Of a stretch of 64,000 nucleotides of DNA, positions 52,362 through 64,000 are shown one piece after another. Source of the stretch: Balanoglossus misakiensis (lineage: Eukaryota > Animalia > Hemichordata); the NCBI GenBank assembly GCA_040954595.2, contig CM082596.2:11090454-11154453 (forward strand), written 5' to 3'. Each line of letters starts with the position of its first letter. The first letter of the stretch is position 1. The position numbers and the translations under genes were made by a program. The notes below the pieces were generated by a model. It worked only from the letters and a program-made list of their open reading frames with translations, had not been told where the DNA came from and ran no database searches.

Positions 52362-55300
52362 TTTAATTTCTTACGTCATAAATGGAATTCAAAGAAACGT
52401 CACGTAACAGGATATGTATCGTTTCAAGGCTTTGTTTTGGAATAACGAATTCTCTACAAGATTTAAGTGGAACAGTCACAGAATGAAAACAAATATGGAA
52501 AGAGTTATGTCGGTATGTTGTAAGGGATAGATTAATATTGCAAATAATTTAATTTCTTACATCATAAATGGAATTCAAAGAATGGTCACATAACGGGCCA
52601 TGTTTTACTAAAAAGACTTATGTATAGTTTCAAGGCTTTGTTTTGGAATAACGAATTCTCTCCAAGATTTAAGTTGAACAGTTACAGAATGAAAACAAAT
52701 ATTCAAATAGTTATGCCAGAATGTTGTAAGGGATAGATTAATATTGCAAATAATTTAATTTCTTACATCATAAATGGAATTCAAAGAATGGTCACATAAC
52801 GGGCCATGTTTTACAAAAAGACTTTTGTATAGTTTCAAGGCTTTGTTTTGGAATAACGAATTCTCTACAGGATTTAAGTGGAACAGTCACAGAATGAAAA
52901 CAAATATGGAAAGAGTTATGCTGGAATGTTGTAAGGGATAGATTAATATTGCAAATAATTTAATTTCTTACATCATAAAATGAATTCAAAGAATGGTCAC
53001 ATAACAGGATATGTTTTACTAAAAAGACTTATGTATAGTTACAAGGCTTTGTTTTGGAATAACGAATTCTCTACAAGATTTAAGTGGAACAGTCACAGAA
53101 TGAAAACAAATATGGAAAGAGTTATGCTGGAATGTTATAAGGGATAGATTAATATTGCAAATAATTTAATTTCTTACATCATAAAATGAATTCAAAGAAT
53201 GGTCACATAACAGGATATGTTTTATTAAAAAGACTTATGTTATAGTTTCAAGGCTTTGTTTTGGAATAACGAATTCTCTACAAGATTTAAGTGGAACAGT
53301 CACAGAATGAAAACAAATATGGAAAGAGTTATGCCGGAATGTTGTAAGGAATAGATTAATATTGCAAATAATTTAATTTCTTACATCATAAATGGAATTC
53401 AAAGAAACGTCAAGTAACAGGATATGTATCGTTTCAAGGCTTTGTTTTGGAATAACGAATTCTCTACAAGATTTAAGTGGAACAGTCACAGAATGAAAAC
53501 AAATATGGAAAGAGTTATGTCGGTATGTTGTAAGGGATAGATTAATATTGCAAATAATTTAATTTCTTACATCATAAATGGAATTCAAAGAATGGTCACA
53601 TAACGGGCCATGTTTTACTAAAAGACTTATGTATAGTTTCAAGGCTTTGTTTTGGAATAACGAATTCTCTCCAAGATTTAAGTTGAACAGTTACAGAATG
53701 AAAACAAATATTCAAATAGTTATGCCAGAATGTTGTAAGGGATAGATTAATATTGCAAATAATTTAATTTCTTACATCATAAATGGAATTCAAAGAATGG
53801 TCACATAACGGGCCATGTTTTACAAAAAGACTTTTGTATAGTTTCAAGGCTTTGTTTTGGAATAACGAATTCTCTACAGAATTTAAGTGGAACAGTCACA
53901 GAATGAAAACAAATATGGAAAGAGTTATGCTGGAATGTTGTAAGGGATAGATTAATATTGCAAATAATTTAATTTCTTACATCATAAAATGAATTCAAAG
54001 AATGGTCACATAACAGGATATGTTTTACTAAAAAGACTTATGTATAGTTACAAGGCTTTGTTTTGGAATAACGAATTCTCTAAAAGATTTAAGTGGAACA
54101 GTCACAGAATGAAAACAAATATGGAAAGAGTTATGCTGGAATGTTATAAGGGATAGATTAATATTGCAAATAATTTAATTTCTTACATCATAAAATAAAT
54201 TCAAAGAATGGTCACATAACAGGATATGTTTTACTAAAAAGACTTATGTTATAGTTTCAAGGCTTTGTTTTGGAATAACGAATTCTCTACAAGATTTAAG
54301 TGGAACAGTCACAGAATGAAAACAAATATGGAAAGAGTTATGCCGGAATGTTGTAAGGAATAGATTAATATTGCAAATAATTTAATTTCTTTCATCATAA
54401 ATGGAATTCAAAGAAACGTCACGTAACAGGATATGTATCGTTTCAAGGCTTTGTTTTGGAATAACGAATTCTCTACAAGATTTAAGTGGAACAGCCACAG
54501 AATGAAAACAAATATGGAAAGAGTTATGCTGGAATGTTATAAGGGATAGATTAATATTGCAAATAATTTAATTTCTTACATCATAAAATGAATTCAAAGA
54601 ATGGTCACATAACAGGATATGTTTTACTAAAAAGACTTATGTTATAGATTCAAGGCTTTGTTTTGGAATAACGAATTCTCTACAAGATTTAAGTGGAACA
54701 GTCACAGAATGAAAACAAATATGGAAAGAGTTATGCCGGAATGTTGTAAGGGATTGATTAATATTGCAAAAAATTTAATTTCTTACATCATAAATGGAAT
54801 TCAAAGACAGGTCACGTAACAGGATATGTATAGTTTCAAGCCTTTTTTTTGAGTAACGAATTCTCTACAAGATTTAAGTGGAACAGTCACAGAATGAAAA
54901 CAAATATGGAAAGAGTTATGCTGAAATGTTGTAACGGATAGATTAATATTGCATACAATTTAATTTCTTACATCATAAATGGAATTCAAATAATGGTCAC
55001 ATAACAGGATATGTTTTACTAAAAAGACTTATGTATAGGTTCAAGAATTTGTGTTGAAATACCAAATTCTCTACAAGATTTAAGTGGAACAGTCACAGAA
55101 TGAAAACAAATATAGAAAGAGTTATGCCTGAATGTTGTAAGGGATAGATTAATATTGCAAATAATTTAATTTCTTATATCATAAATGGAATTCAAAGAAT
55201 GGTCACATAACGGGCCATGTTTTAGTAAAAAGACTTATGTATAGTTTCAAGGCTTTGTTTTGGAATAACGAATTCTCTCCAAGATTTAAGTTGAACAGTT

Positions 55301-58300
55301 ACAGAATGAAAACAAATATTCAAATAGTTATGTTGGAATGTTGTAAGGGATAGTCTAATATTGCAAATAATTTAATTTCTTACATCATAAATGGAATTCA
55401 AAGAATGGTCACATAACGGGCCATGTTTTACAAAAAGACTTAGTATGTATAGTTTCAAGGCTTTGTTTTGGAATAACGAATTCTCTACAGGATTTAAGTG
55501 GAACAGTCACAGAAAGAAAACAAATATGGAAAGAGTTATGCTGGAATGTTGTAAGGGATAGATTAATATTGCAAATAATTTAATTTCTTACATCATAAAA
55601 TGAATTCAAAGAATGGTCACATAACAGGATATGTTTTACTAAAAAGACTTATGTATAGTTACAAGGCTTTGTTTTGGAATAACGAATTCTCTACAAGATT
55701 TAAGTGGAACAGTCACAGAATGAAAACAAATATGGAAAGAGTTATGCTGGAATGTTATAAGGGATAGATTAATATTGCAAATAATTTAATTTCTTACATC
55801 ATAAAATGAATTCAAAGAATGGTCACATAACAGGATATGTTTTACTAAAAAGACTTATGTTATAGATTCAAGGCTTTGTTTTGGAATAACGAATTCTCTC
55901 CAAGATTTAAGTGGAACAGTTACAGAATGAAAACAAATATGGAAAGAGTTATGCCGGAATGTTGTAAGGGATAGATTAATATTGCAAAAAATTTAATTTC
56001 TTACATCATAAATGGAATTCAAAGACAGGTCACGTAACAGGATATGTATAGTTTCAAGCGTTTGTTTTGGAGTAACGAATTCTCTACAAGATTTAAGTGG
56101 AACAGTCACAGAATGAAAACAAATATGGAAAGAGTTATGCTGAAATGTTGTAAGGGATAGATTAATATTGCATACAATTTAATTTCTTACATCATAAATG
56201 GAATTCAAATAATGGTCACATAACAGGATATGTTTTACTAAAAAGACTTATGTATAGGTTCAAGAATTTGTGTTGAAATACCAAATTCTCTACAAGATTT
56301 AAGTGGAACAGTCACAGAATGAAAACAAATATAGAAAGAGTTATGCCTGAATGTTGTAAGGGATAGATTAATATTGCAAATAATTTAATTTCTTATATCA
56401 TAAATGGAATTCAAAGAATGGTCACATAACGGGCCATGTTTTAGTAAAAAGACTTATGTATAGTTTCAAGGCTTTGTTTTGGAATAACGAATTCTCTACA
56501 GGATTTAAGTGGAACAGTCACAGAATGAAAACAAATATGGAAAGAGTTATGCTGGAATGTTGTAAGGGATAGATTAATATTGCAAATAATTTAATTTCTT
56601 ACATCATAAAATGAATTCAAAGAATGGTCACATAACAGGATATGTTTTACTAAAAAGACTTATCGTATAGTTACAAGGCTTTGTTTTGGAATAACGAATT
56701 CTCTACAAGATTTAAGTGGAACAGTCACAGAATGAAAACAAATATGGAAAGAGTTATGCCGGAATGTTGTAAGGAATAGATTAATAGTGCAAATAATTTA
56801 ATTTCTTACATCATAAATGGAATTCAAAGAAACGTCACGTAACAGGATATGTATCGTTTCAAAGCTTTGTTTTGGAATAACGAATTCTCTACAAGATTTA
56901 AGTGGAACAGTCACAGAATGAAAACAAATATGGAAAGAGTTATGCTGGAATGTTATAAGGGATAGATTAATATTGCAAATAATTTAATTTCTTACATCAT
57001 AAAATGAATTCAAAGAATGGTCACATAACAGGATATGTTTTACTAAAAAGACTTATGTTATAGATTCAAGGCTTTGTTTTGGAATAACGAATTCTCTACA
57101 AGATTTAAGTGGAACAGTCACAGAATGAAAACAAATATGGAAAGAGTTATGCCGGAATGTTGTAAGGGACAGATTAATATTGCAAAAAATTTAATTTCTT
57201 ACATCATAAATGGAATTCAAAGACAGGTCACGTAACAGGATATGTATAGTTTCAAGCCTTTTTTTGGAGTAACGAATTCTCTACAAGATTTAAGTGGAAC
57301 AGTCACAGAATGAAAACAAATATGGAAAGAGTTATGCTGAAATGTTGTAACGGATAGATTAATATTGCATACAATTGAATTTCTTATATCATAAATGGAA
57401 TTCAAATAATGGTCACATAACAGGATATGTTTTACTAAAAAGACTTATGTATAGGTTCAAGAATTTGTGTTGAAATACCAAATTCTCTACAAGATTTAAG
57501 TGGAACAGTCACAGAATGAAAACAAATATAGAAAGAGTTATGCCTGAATGTTGTAAGGGATAGATTAATATTGCAAACAATTTAATTTCTTATATCATAA
57601 ATGGAATTCAAAGAATGGTCACATAACGGGCCATGTTTTAGTAAAAAGACTTATGTATAGTTTCAAGGCTTTGTTTTGGAATAACGAATTCTCTCCAAGA
57701 TTTAAGTTGAACAGTTACAGAATGAAAACAAATATTCAAATAGTTATGTTGGAATGTTGTAAGGGATAGTTTAATATTGCAAATAATTTAATTTCTTACA
57801 TCATAAATGGAATTCAAAGAATGGTCACATAACGGGCCATGTTTTACAAAAAGACTTAGTATGTATAGTTTCAAGGCTTTGTTTTGGAATAACGAATTCT
57901 CTACAGGATTTAAGTGGAACAGTCACAGAATGAAAACAAATATGGAAAGAGTTATGCTGGAATGTTGTAAGGGATAGATTAATATTGCAAATAATTTAAT
58001 TTCTTACATCATAAAATGAATTCAAAGAATGGTCACATAACAGGATATGTTTTACTAAAAAGACTTATGTATAGTTACAAGGCTTTGTTTTGGAATAACG
58101 AATTCTCTACAAGATTTAAGTGGAACAGTCACAGAATGAAAACAAATATGGAAAGAGTTATGCTGGAATGTTATAAGGGATAGATTAATATTGCAAATAA
58201 TTTAATTTCTTACATCATAAAATAAATTCAAAGAATGGTCACATAACAGGATATGTTTTACTAAAAAGACTTATGTTATAGTTTCAAGGCTTTGTTTTGG

Positions 58301-61300
58301 AATAACGAATTCTCTACAAGATTTAAGTGGAACAGTCACAGAATGAAAACAAATATATGGAAAGAGTTATGCCGGAATGTTGTAAGGAATAGATTAATAT
58401 TGCAAATAATTTAATTTCTTACATCATAAATGGAATTCAAAGAAACATCACGTAACAGGATATGTATCGTTTCAAGGCTTTGTTTTGGAATAACGAATTC
58501 TCTACAAGATTTAAGTGGAACAGTCACAGAATGAAAACAAATATGGAAAGAGTTATGCTGGAATGTTATAAGGGATAGATTAATATTGCAAATAATTTAA
58601 TTTCTTACATCATAAAATGAATTCAAAGAATGGTCACATAACAGGATATGTTTTACTAAAAAGACTTATGTTATAGATTCAAGGCTTTGTTTTGGAATAA
58701 CGAATTCTCTACAAGATTTAAGTGGAACAGTCACAGAATGAAAACAAATATGGAAAGAGTTATGCTGGAATGTTATAAGGGATAGATTAATATTGCAAAT
58801 AATTTAATTTCTTACATCATAAAATGAATTCAAAGAATGGTCACATAACGGGCCATGTTTTACAAAAAGACTTTTGTATAGTTTCAAGGCTGTGTTTTGG
58901 AATAACGAATTCTCTACAGGATTTAAGTGGAACAGTCACAGAATGAAAACAAATATGGAAAGAGTTATGCTGGAATGTTGTAAGGGATAGATTTATATTG
59001 CAAATAATTTAATTTCTTACATCATAAAATGAATTCAAAGAATGGTCACATAACAGGATATGTTTTACTAAAAAGACTTATGTTATAGATTCAAGGCTTT
59101 GTTTTGGAATAACGAATTCTCTACAAGATTTAAGTGGAACAGTCACAGAATGAAAACAAATATGGAAAGAGTTATGCCGGAATGTTGTAAGGAATAGATT
59201 AATATTGCAAATAATTTAATTTCTTACATCATAAATGGAATTCAAAGAACCGTCACGTAACAGGATATGTTATAGATTCAAGGCTTTGTTTTGGAATAAC
59301 GAATTCTCTACAAGATTTAAGTGGAACAGTCACAGAATGAAAACAAATATGGAAAGAGTTATGCCGGAATGTTGTAAGGAATAGATTAATATTGCAAATA
59401 ATTTAATTTCTTACATCATAAATGGAATTCAAAGAACCGTCACGTAACAGGATATGTATAGTTTCAAGGCTTTGTTTTGGAATAACGAATTCTCTACAAG
59501 ATTTAAGTGGAACAGTCACAGAATGAAAACAAATATGGAAAGAGTTATGTCGGAATGTTGTAAGGGATAGATTAATATTGCAAATAATTTAATTTCTTAC
59601 ATCATAAATGGAATTCAAAGAATGGTCACATAACGGGCCATGTTTTACAAAAAAGACTTATGTATAGTTTCAAGGCTTTGTTTTTGAATAACGAATTCTC
59701 TCCAAGATTTAAGTTGAACAGTTACAGAATGAAAACAAATATTCAAATAGTTATGTTGGAATGTTGTAAGGGATAGTTTAATATTGCAAATAATTTAATT
59801 TCTTACATCATAAATGGAATTCAAAGAATGGTCACATAACGGGCCATGTTTTACAAAAAGACTTTTGTATAGTTTCAAGGCTGTGTTTTGGAATAACGAA
59901 TTCTCTACAGGATTTAAGTGGAACAGTCACAGAATGAAAACAAATATGGAAAGAGTTATGCTGGAATAGATTAATATTGCAAATAATTTAATTTCTTACA
60001 TCATAAAATGAATTCAAAGAATGGTCACATAACAGGATATGTTTTACTAAAAAGACTTATGTATAGTTTCAAGGCTTTGTTTTGGAATAACGAATTCTCT
60101 ACAAGATTTAAGTGGAACAGTCACAGAATGAAAACAAATATGGAAAGAGTTATGCTCGAATGTTGTAAGGAATAGATTAATATTGCAAATAATTTAATTT
60201 CTTACATCATAAATGGAATTCAAAGAAACGTCACGTAACAGGATATGTATAGTTTCAAGGCTTTGTTTTGGAATAACGAATTCTCTACAAGATTTAAGTG
60301 GCACAGTCACAGAATGAAAACAAATATGGAAAGAGTTATGCCGAATGTTGTAAGGAATAGATTAATATTGCAAATATTTTAATTTCTTACATCATAAAAT
60401 GAATTCAAAGAATGGTCACATAACAGGATATGTTTTACTAAAAAGACTTATGTTATAGATTCAAGGCATTGTTTTGGAATAACAAATTCTCTACAAGATT
60501 TAAGTGGAACAGTCACAGAATGAAAACAAATATGGAAAGAGTTATGCCGGAATGTTGTAAGGAATAGATTAATATTGCAAATAATTTAATTTCTTACATC
60601 ATAAATGGAATTCAAAGAACCGTCACGTAACAGGATATGTATAGTTTCAAGGCTTTGTTTTGGAATAACGAATTCTCTACAAGATTTAAGTGGAACAGTC
60701 ACAGAATGAAAACAAATATGGAAAGAGTTATGTCGGAATGTTGTAAGGGATAGATTAATATTGCAAATAATTTAATTTCTTACATCATAAATGGAATTCA
60801 AAGAATGGTCACATAACGGGCCATGTTTTACAAAAAAGTCTTATGTATAGTTTCAAGGCTTTGTTTTTGAATAACGAATTCTCTCCAAGATTTCAGTTGA
60901 ACAGTTACAGAATGAAAACAAATATTCAAATAGTTATGTTGGAATGTTGTAAGGGATAGTTTAATATTGCAAATAATTTAATTTCTTACATCATAAATGG
61001 AATTCAAAGAATGGTCACATAACGGGCCATGTTTTACAAAAAGACTTTTGTATAGTTTCAAGGCTGTGTTTTGGAAAAACGAATTCTCTACAGGATTTAA
61101 GTGGAACAGTCACAGAATGAAAACAAATATGGAAAGAGTTATGCTGGAATAGATTAATATTGCAAATAATTTAATTTCTTACATCATAAAATGAATTCAA
61201 AGAATGGTCACATAACAGGATATGTTTTACTAAAAAGACTTATGTATAGTTTCAAGGCTTTGTTTTGGAATAACGAATTCTCTACAAGATTTAAGTGGAA

Positions 61301-62403
61301 CAGTCACAGAATGAAAACAAATATGGAAAGAGTTATGCTGGAATGTTGTAAGGAATAGATTAATATTGCAAATAATTTAATTTCTTACATCATAAATGGA
61401 ATTCAAAGAAACGTCACGTAACAGGATATGTATAGTTTCAAGGCTTTGTTTTGGAATAACGAATTCTCTACAAGATTTAAGTGGCACAGTCACAGAATGA
61501 AAACAAATATGGAAAGAGTTATGCCGAATGTTGTAAGGAATAGATTAATATTGCAAATATTTTAATTTCTTACATCATAAAATGAATTCAAAGAATGGTC
61601 ACATAACAGGATATGTTTTACTAAAAAGACTTATATATAGTTTCAAGGCTTTGTTTTGGAATAACGAATTCTCTACAAGATTTAAGTGGAACAGTCACAG
61701 AATGAAAACAAATATGGAAAGAGTTATGCTGGAATGTTGTAAGGAATAGATTAATATTGCAAATAATTTAATTTCTTACATCATAAATGGAATTCAAAGA
61801 AACGTCACGTAACAGGATATGTATAGTTTCAAGGCTTTGTTTTGGAATAACGAATTCTCTACAAGATTTAAGTGGCACAGTCACAGAATGAAAACAAATA
61901 TGGAAAGAGTTATGCCGAATGTTGTAAGGAATAGATTAATATTGCAAATATTTTAATTTCTTACATCATAAAATGAATTCAAAGAATGGTCACATAACAG
62001 GATATGTTTTACTAAAAAGACTTATATATAGTTTCAAGGCTTTGTTTTGGAATAACGAATTCTCTACAAGATTTAAGTGGAACAGTCACAGAATGAAAAC
62101 AAATATGGAAAGAGTTATGCTGGAATGTTGTAAGGGATAGATTTATATTGCAAATAATTTAATTTCTTACATCATAAATGGAATTCAAAGAAACGTCACG
62201 TAACAGGATATGTATAGTTTCAAACCTTTGTTTTTGAGTAACGAATTCTCTACAAGATTTAAGTGGAACAGTCACAGAATGAAAACAAATATGGAAAGAG
62301 TTATGCTGAAATGTTGTAAGCGATAGATTAATATTGCATAAAATTTAATTTCTTACATCATAAATGGAATTCAAAGAATGGTCACATAACTGGATATGTT
62401 TTA
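52362..62403. repeat. Satellite array, right part
   Basis: Same monomers in the same orientation. It ends abruptly at ...tggatatgtttta (62403). Confidence 0.99.
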
Positions 62404-62696
62404 AACAGTATAGAAAACATTTTCCAATTTCCGAAAAGTAGCCGTTTTTTAAACTTTTTTCAAGGAAATTAGTGTTTTGTTCACAGTACAATATATTTCG
62501 ATATTTTTCTATGATTATTTTCAAGATGTTTGCGAGTGTGCAGAAAGAAAAGAATAAACTGTGAAATTTCCATAGAAATAATGAAGGAGCCATCTTTAGG
62601 TTGTATGGATTTGAATATTTCATTGAAAAAAACTAATAACTAAATTATGAATTCAATTAATAGTACAATTTGCAAAAAATTGCTAGTCACTCCAGA

Positions 62697-63039
62697 AGGG
62701 TCAGTGCTTGGAAATGTGAGAGCCTGGAAATTTCCAAGCACTGACAAGGGTCAGTGGTCGGAAATTTCCAGACACTCAGGGAATGTGAGAGCCTGGAAAT
62801 TTCCAAGCACTGACAAGGGTCAGTGGTCGGAAATTTCCAGACACTCAGGGAATGTGAGAGCTTAGAAATTTCCAAGCACTGACAAGGGTCAGTGGTCGGA
62901 AATTTCCAGACACTCAGGGAATGTGAGAGCCTAGAAATTTCCAAGCACTGACAGGGTTAGTGGCCGGAAATATCCAGTCACTCGGGGAATGTGAGAGCCT
63001 GGAAATTTCCAAGCATTGACAGGGTCAGTGCTTGGAAAT
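62697..63039 (+). repeat. 69-bp palindromic minisatellite, about 5 copies
   Basis: Unit aatgtgagagcctggaaatttccaagcactgacaagggtcagtggtcggaaatttccagacactcaggg starts at 62713, 62782, 62851, 62920 and 62988. Confidence 0.95.
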
Positions 63040-63313
63040 CTTGAGTTTCTCTATCATGTTTCAAATTATGGCCTTTAGGAAAACGATCTGTTGAGGAACC
63101 TGTATTTATATCTTCAAACCTACGGATGAGTTTGGTCGTTTGACTGCGGTGGCCTCTTCTGCTGTTCTTCTCTCTCTCCATGCCCGACATCCTGGTCTCG
63201 GCACCAACAAATGTACCGCGTACACTTGGGAATAGGTTCGGAATGAAGAGAGAGGGGCGGGATGGCCAATACTTCTTTATATACAGTGGTTTGAACTGTG
63301 ACATTTGGTAACA
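63040..63313 (-). mobile_element. BEL/Pao-like LTR retrotransposon 5' relic (short LTR, tRNA-His-type PBS, start of gag)
   Basis: On the minus strand a TGT...TATATAAAG...ACA segment (~63313-63212) is followed by PBS TGGTGCCGAGACCAGGAT (63206-63189). The PBS overlaps the ATG of MSGMEREKNSRRGHRSQTTKLIRR, after which the frame decays. Confidence 0.7.
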
Positions 63314-63486
63314 CTGCATAATTCAAGAACAATAGCATTTGGTAGTTGTGAAGTTGTGACTTTGTATACAGAGTATAAAGAACAATTGTGTCAGATAAAC
63401 AATACCAATTCCCAATAAACAACTAGTGTATGGGCTAACTCAGAGGAGTTGGTAGGTGAAGCCTGTCATGAACATTGTGACGCTAA

Positions 63487-63870
63487 GGCTCCTTAGACAA
63501 ACCTGGTGCGTCTGCGGTCCAGATCCGTACCAGAGCTTTTCGCCGAAATTCGATTTTATCGGGAGAATATCCTTTCCCTGTCTACTAACCGGTTATAACT
63601 GCGATTGACTTCTTCTAACATCCGAACCGCTCGCTTTCTGAAACTTTTGTGTTTACCCATTGAGATAACCTCACTGTATTCAATATGGCGATCTCAACAG
63701 GTAAACACAAGAGAAAATCAGAAAGCGAGTGGCTCGGAAGTTAATTACATCATATTTGGAGTCATTTGTGGGTAGACGGGGGAAAGATTCCCCCCGATAA
63801 AATCCAATCTCGGCCGAAAAGCTGCTGTCCGGATCCGGATCTCAGATGAATCAGTTTTGTCCATGGAGCC
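63487..63870. mobile_element. Almost wholly palindromic MITE (GGC termini, Harbinger-like)
   Basis: ggctccttagacaaac...gcttttcg...gattttatcggg mirrors cccgataaaatc...cgaaaagc...tttgtccatggagcc. The inner arms ctcgctttctga..tgtgtttacc and ggtaaacaca..tcagaaagcgag also mirror. The centre is near 63678 and the left flank is TAA. Confidence 0.8.
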
Positions 63871-63940
63871 TTGCAGAGATGTGGTGGAAGCCGTGTATTA
63901 AACGCCGGGAGAACGCAGACATGTACGGAGGACTACCACG

Positions 63941-64000
63941 ACCCTGTCAGTGCTTGGAAAGTTCAAGGCTCTCACATTCCCTGAGTGTCTGGAAATTTCC
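63941..64000 (-). repeat. 69-bp minisatellite in inverted orientation, running off the window
   Basis: The reverse complement reads ggaaatttccagacactcagggaatgtgagagccttgaactttccaagcactgacagggt. Confidence 0.9.

Noticed and set aside
12315-62403. CRISPR-like array
   Set aside because: There are no unique spacers, whole monomers are repeated, and no cas genes are present.
12412-62623. Many similar minus-strand ORFs (MTVPLKSCREF..., MNSIYDVRN...)
   Set aside because: They are chance stop-free translations of satellite monomers, broken in most copies, with no protein motif.
62647-62944. Repetitive peptides GNVRAWKFPSTDKGQWSEISRHS and the antisense equivalent
   Set aside because: They follow from a 69-bp unit being divisible by three, and a stop appears in the third copy.

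Overview
Eukaryotic, AT-rich, non-genic DNA, probably from a marine invertebrate (inference from the repeat types). No host protein-coding gene can be supported. About 1-12.3 kb is a patchwork of non-autonomous DNA transposons and foldback elements. About 12.3-62.4 kb is a ~45 kb satellite array of 186-bp and ~206-bp monomers with several higher-order repeats and a layered arrangement. The array is cleanly interrupted at 47768-52361 by a 5'-deleted Ngaro-type (DIRS order) tyrosine-recombinase retrotransposon with gag, RT/RNase H, a frameshifted YR and B1-A2-B2 split direct repeats. The last 1.6 kb holds a 69-bp palindromic minisatellite in both orientations, a BEL/Pao-like LTR/PBS/gag relic and a palindromic MITE. 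The most notable points concern the retroelement. Gag and pol are in frame and separated only by TGA-CTA, a known stop-readthrough context. A bulged hairpin spans its B|A junction exactly at the integration crossover. The insertion has no target-site duplication and preserves the satellite's higher-order phase.
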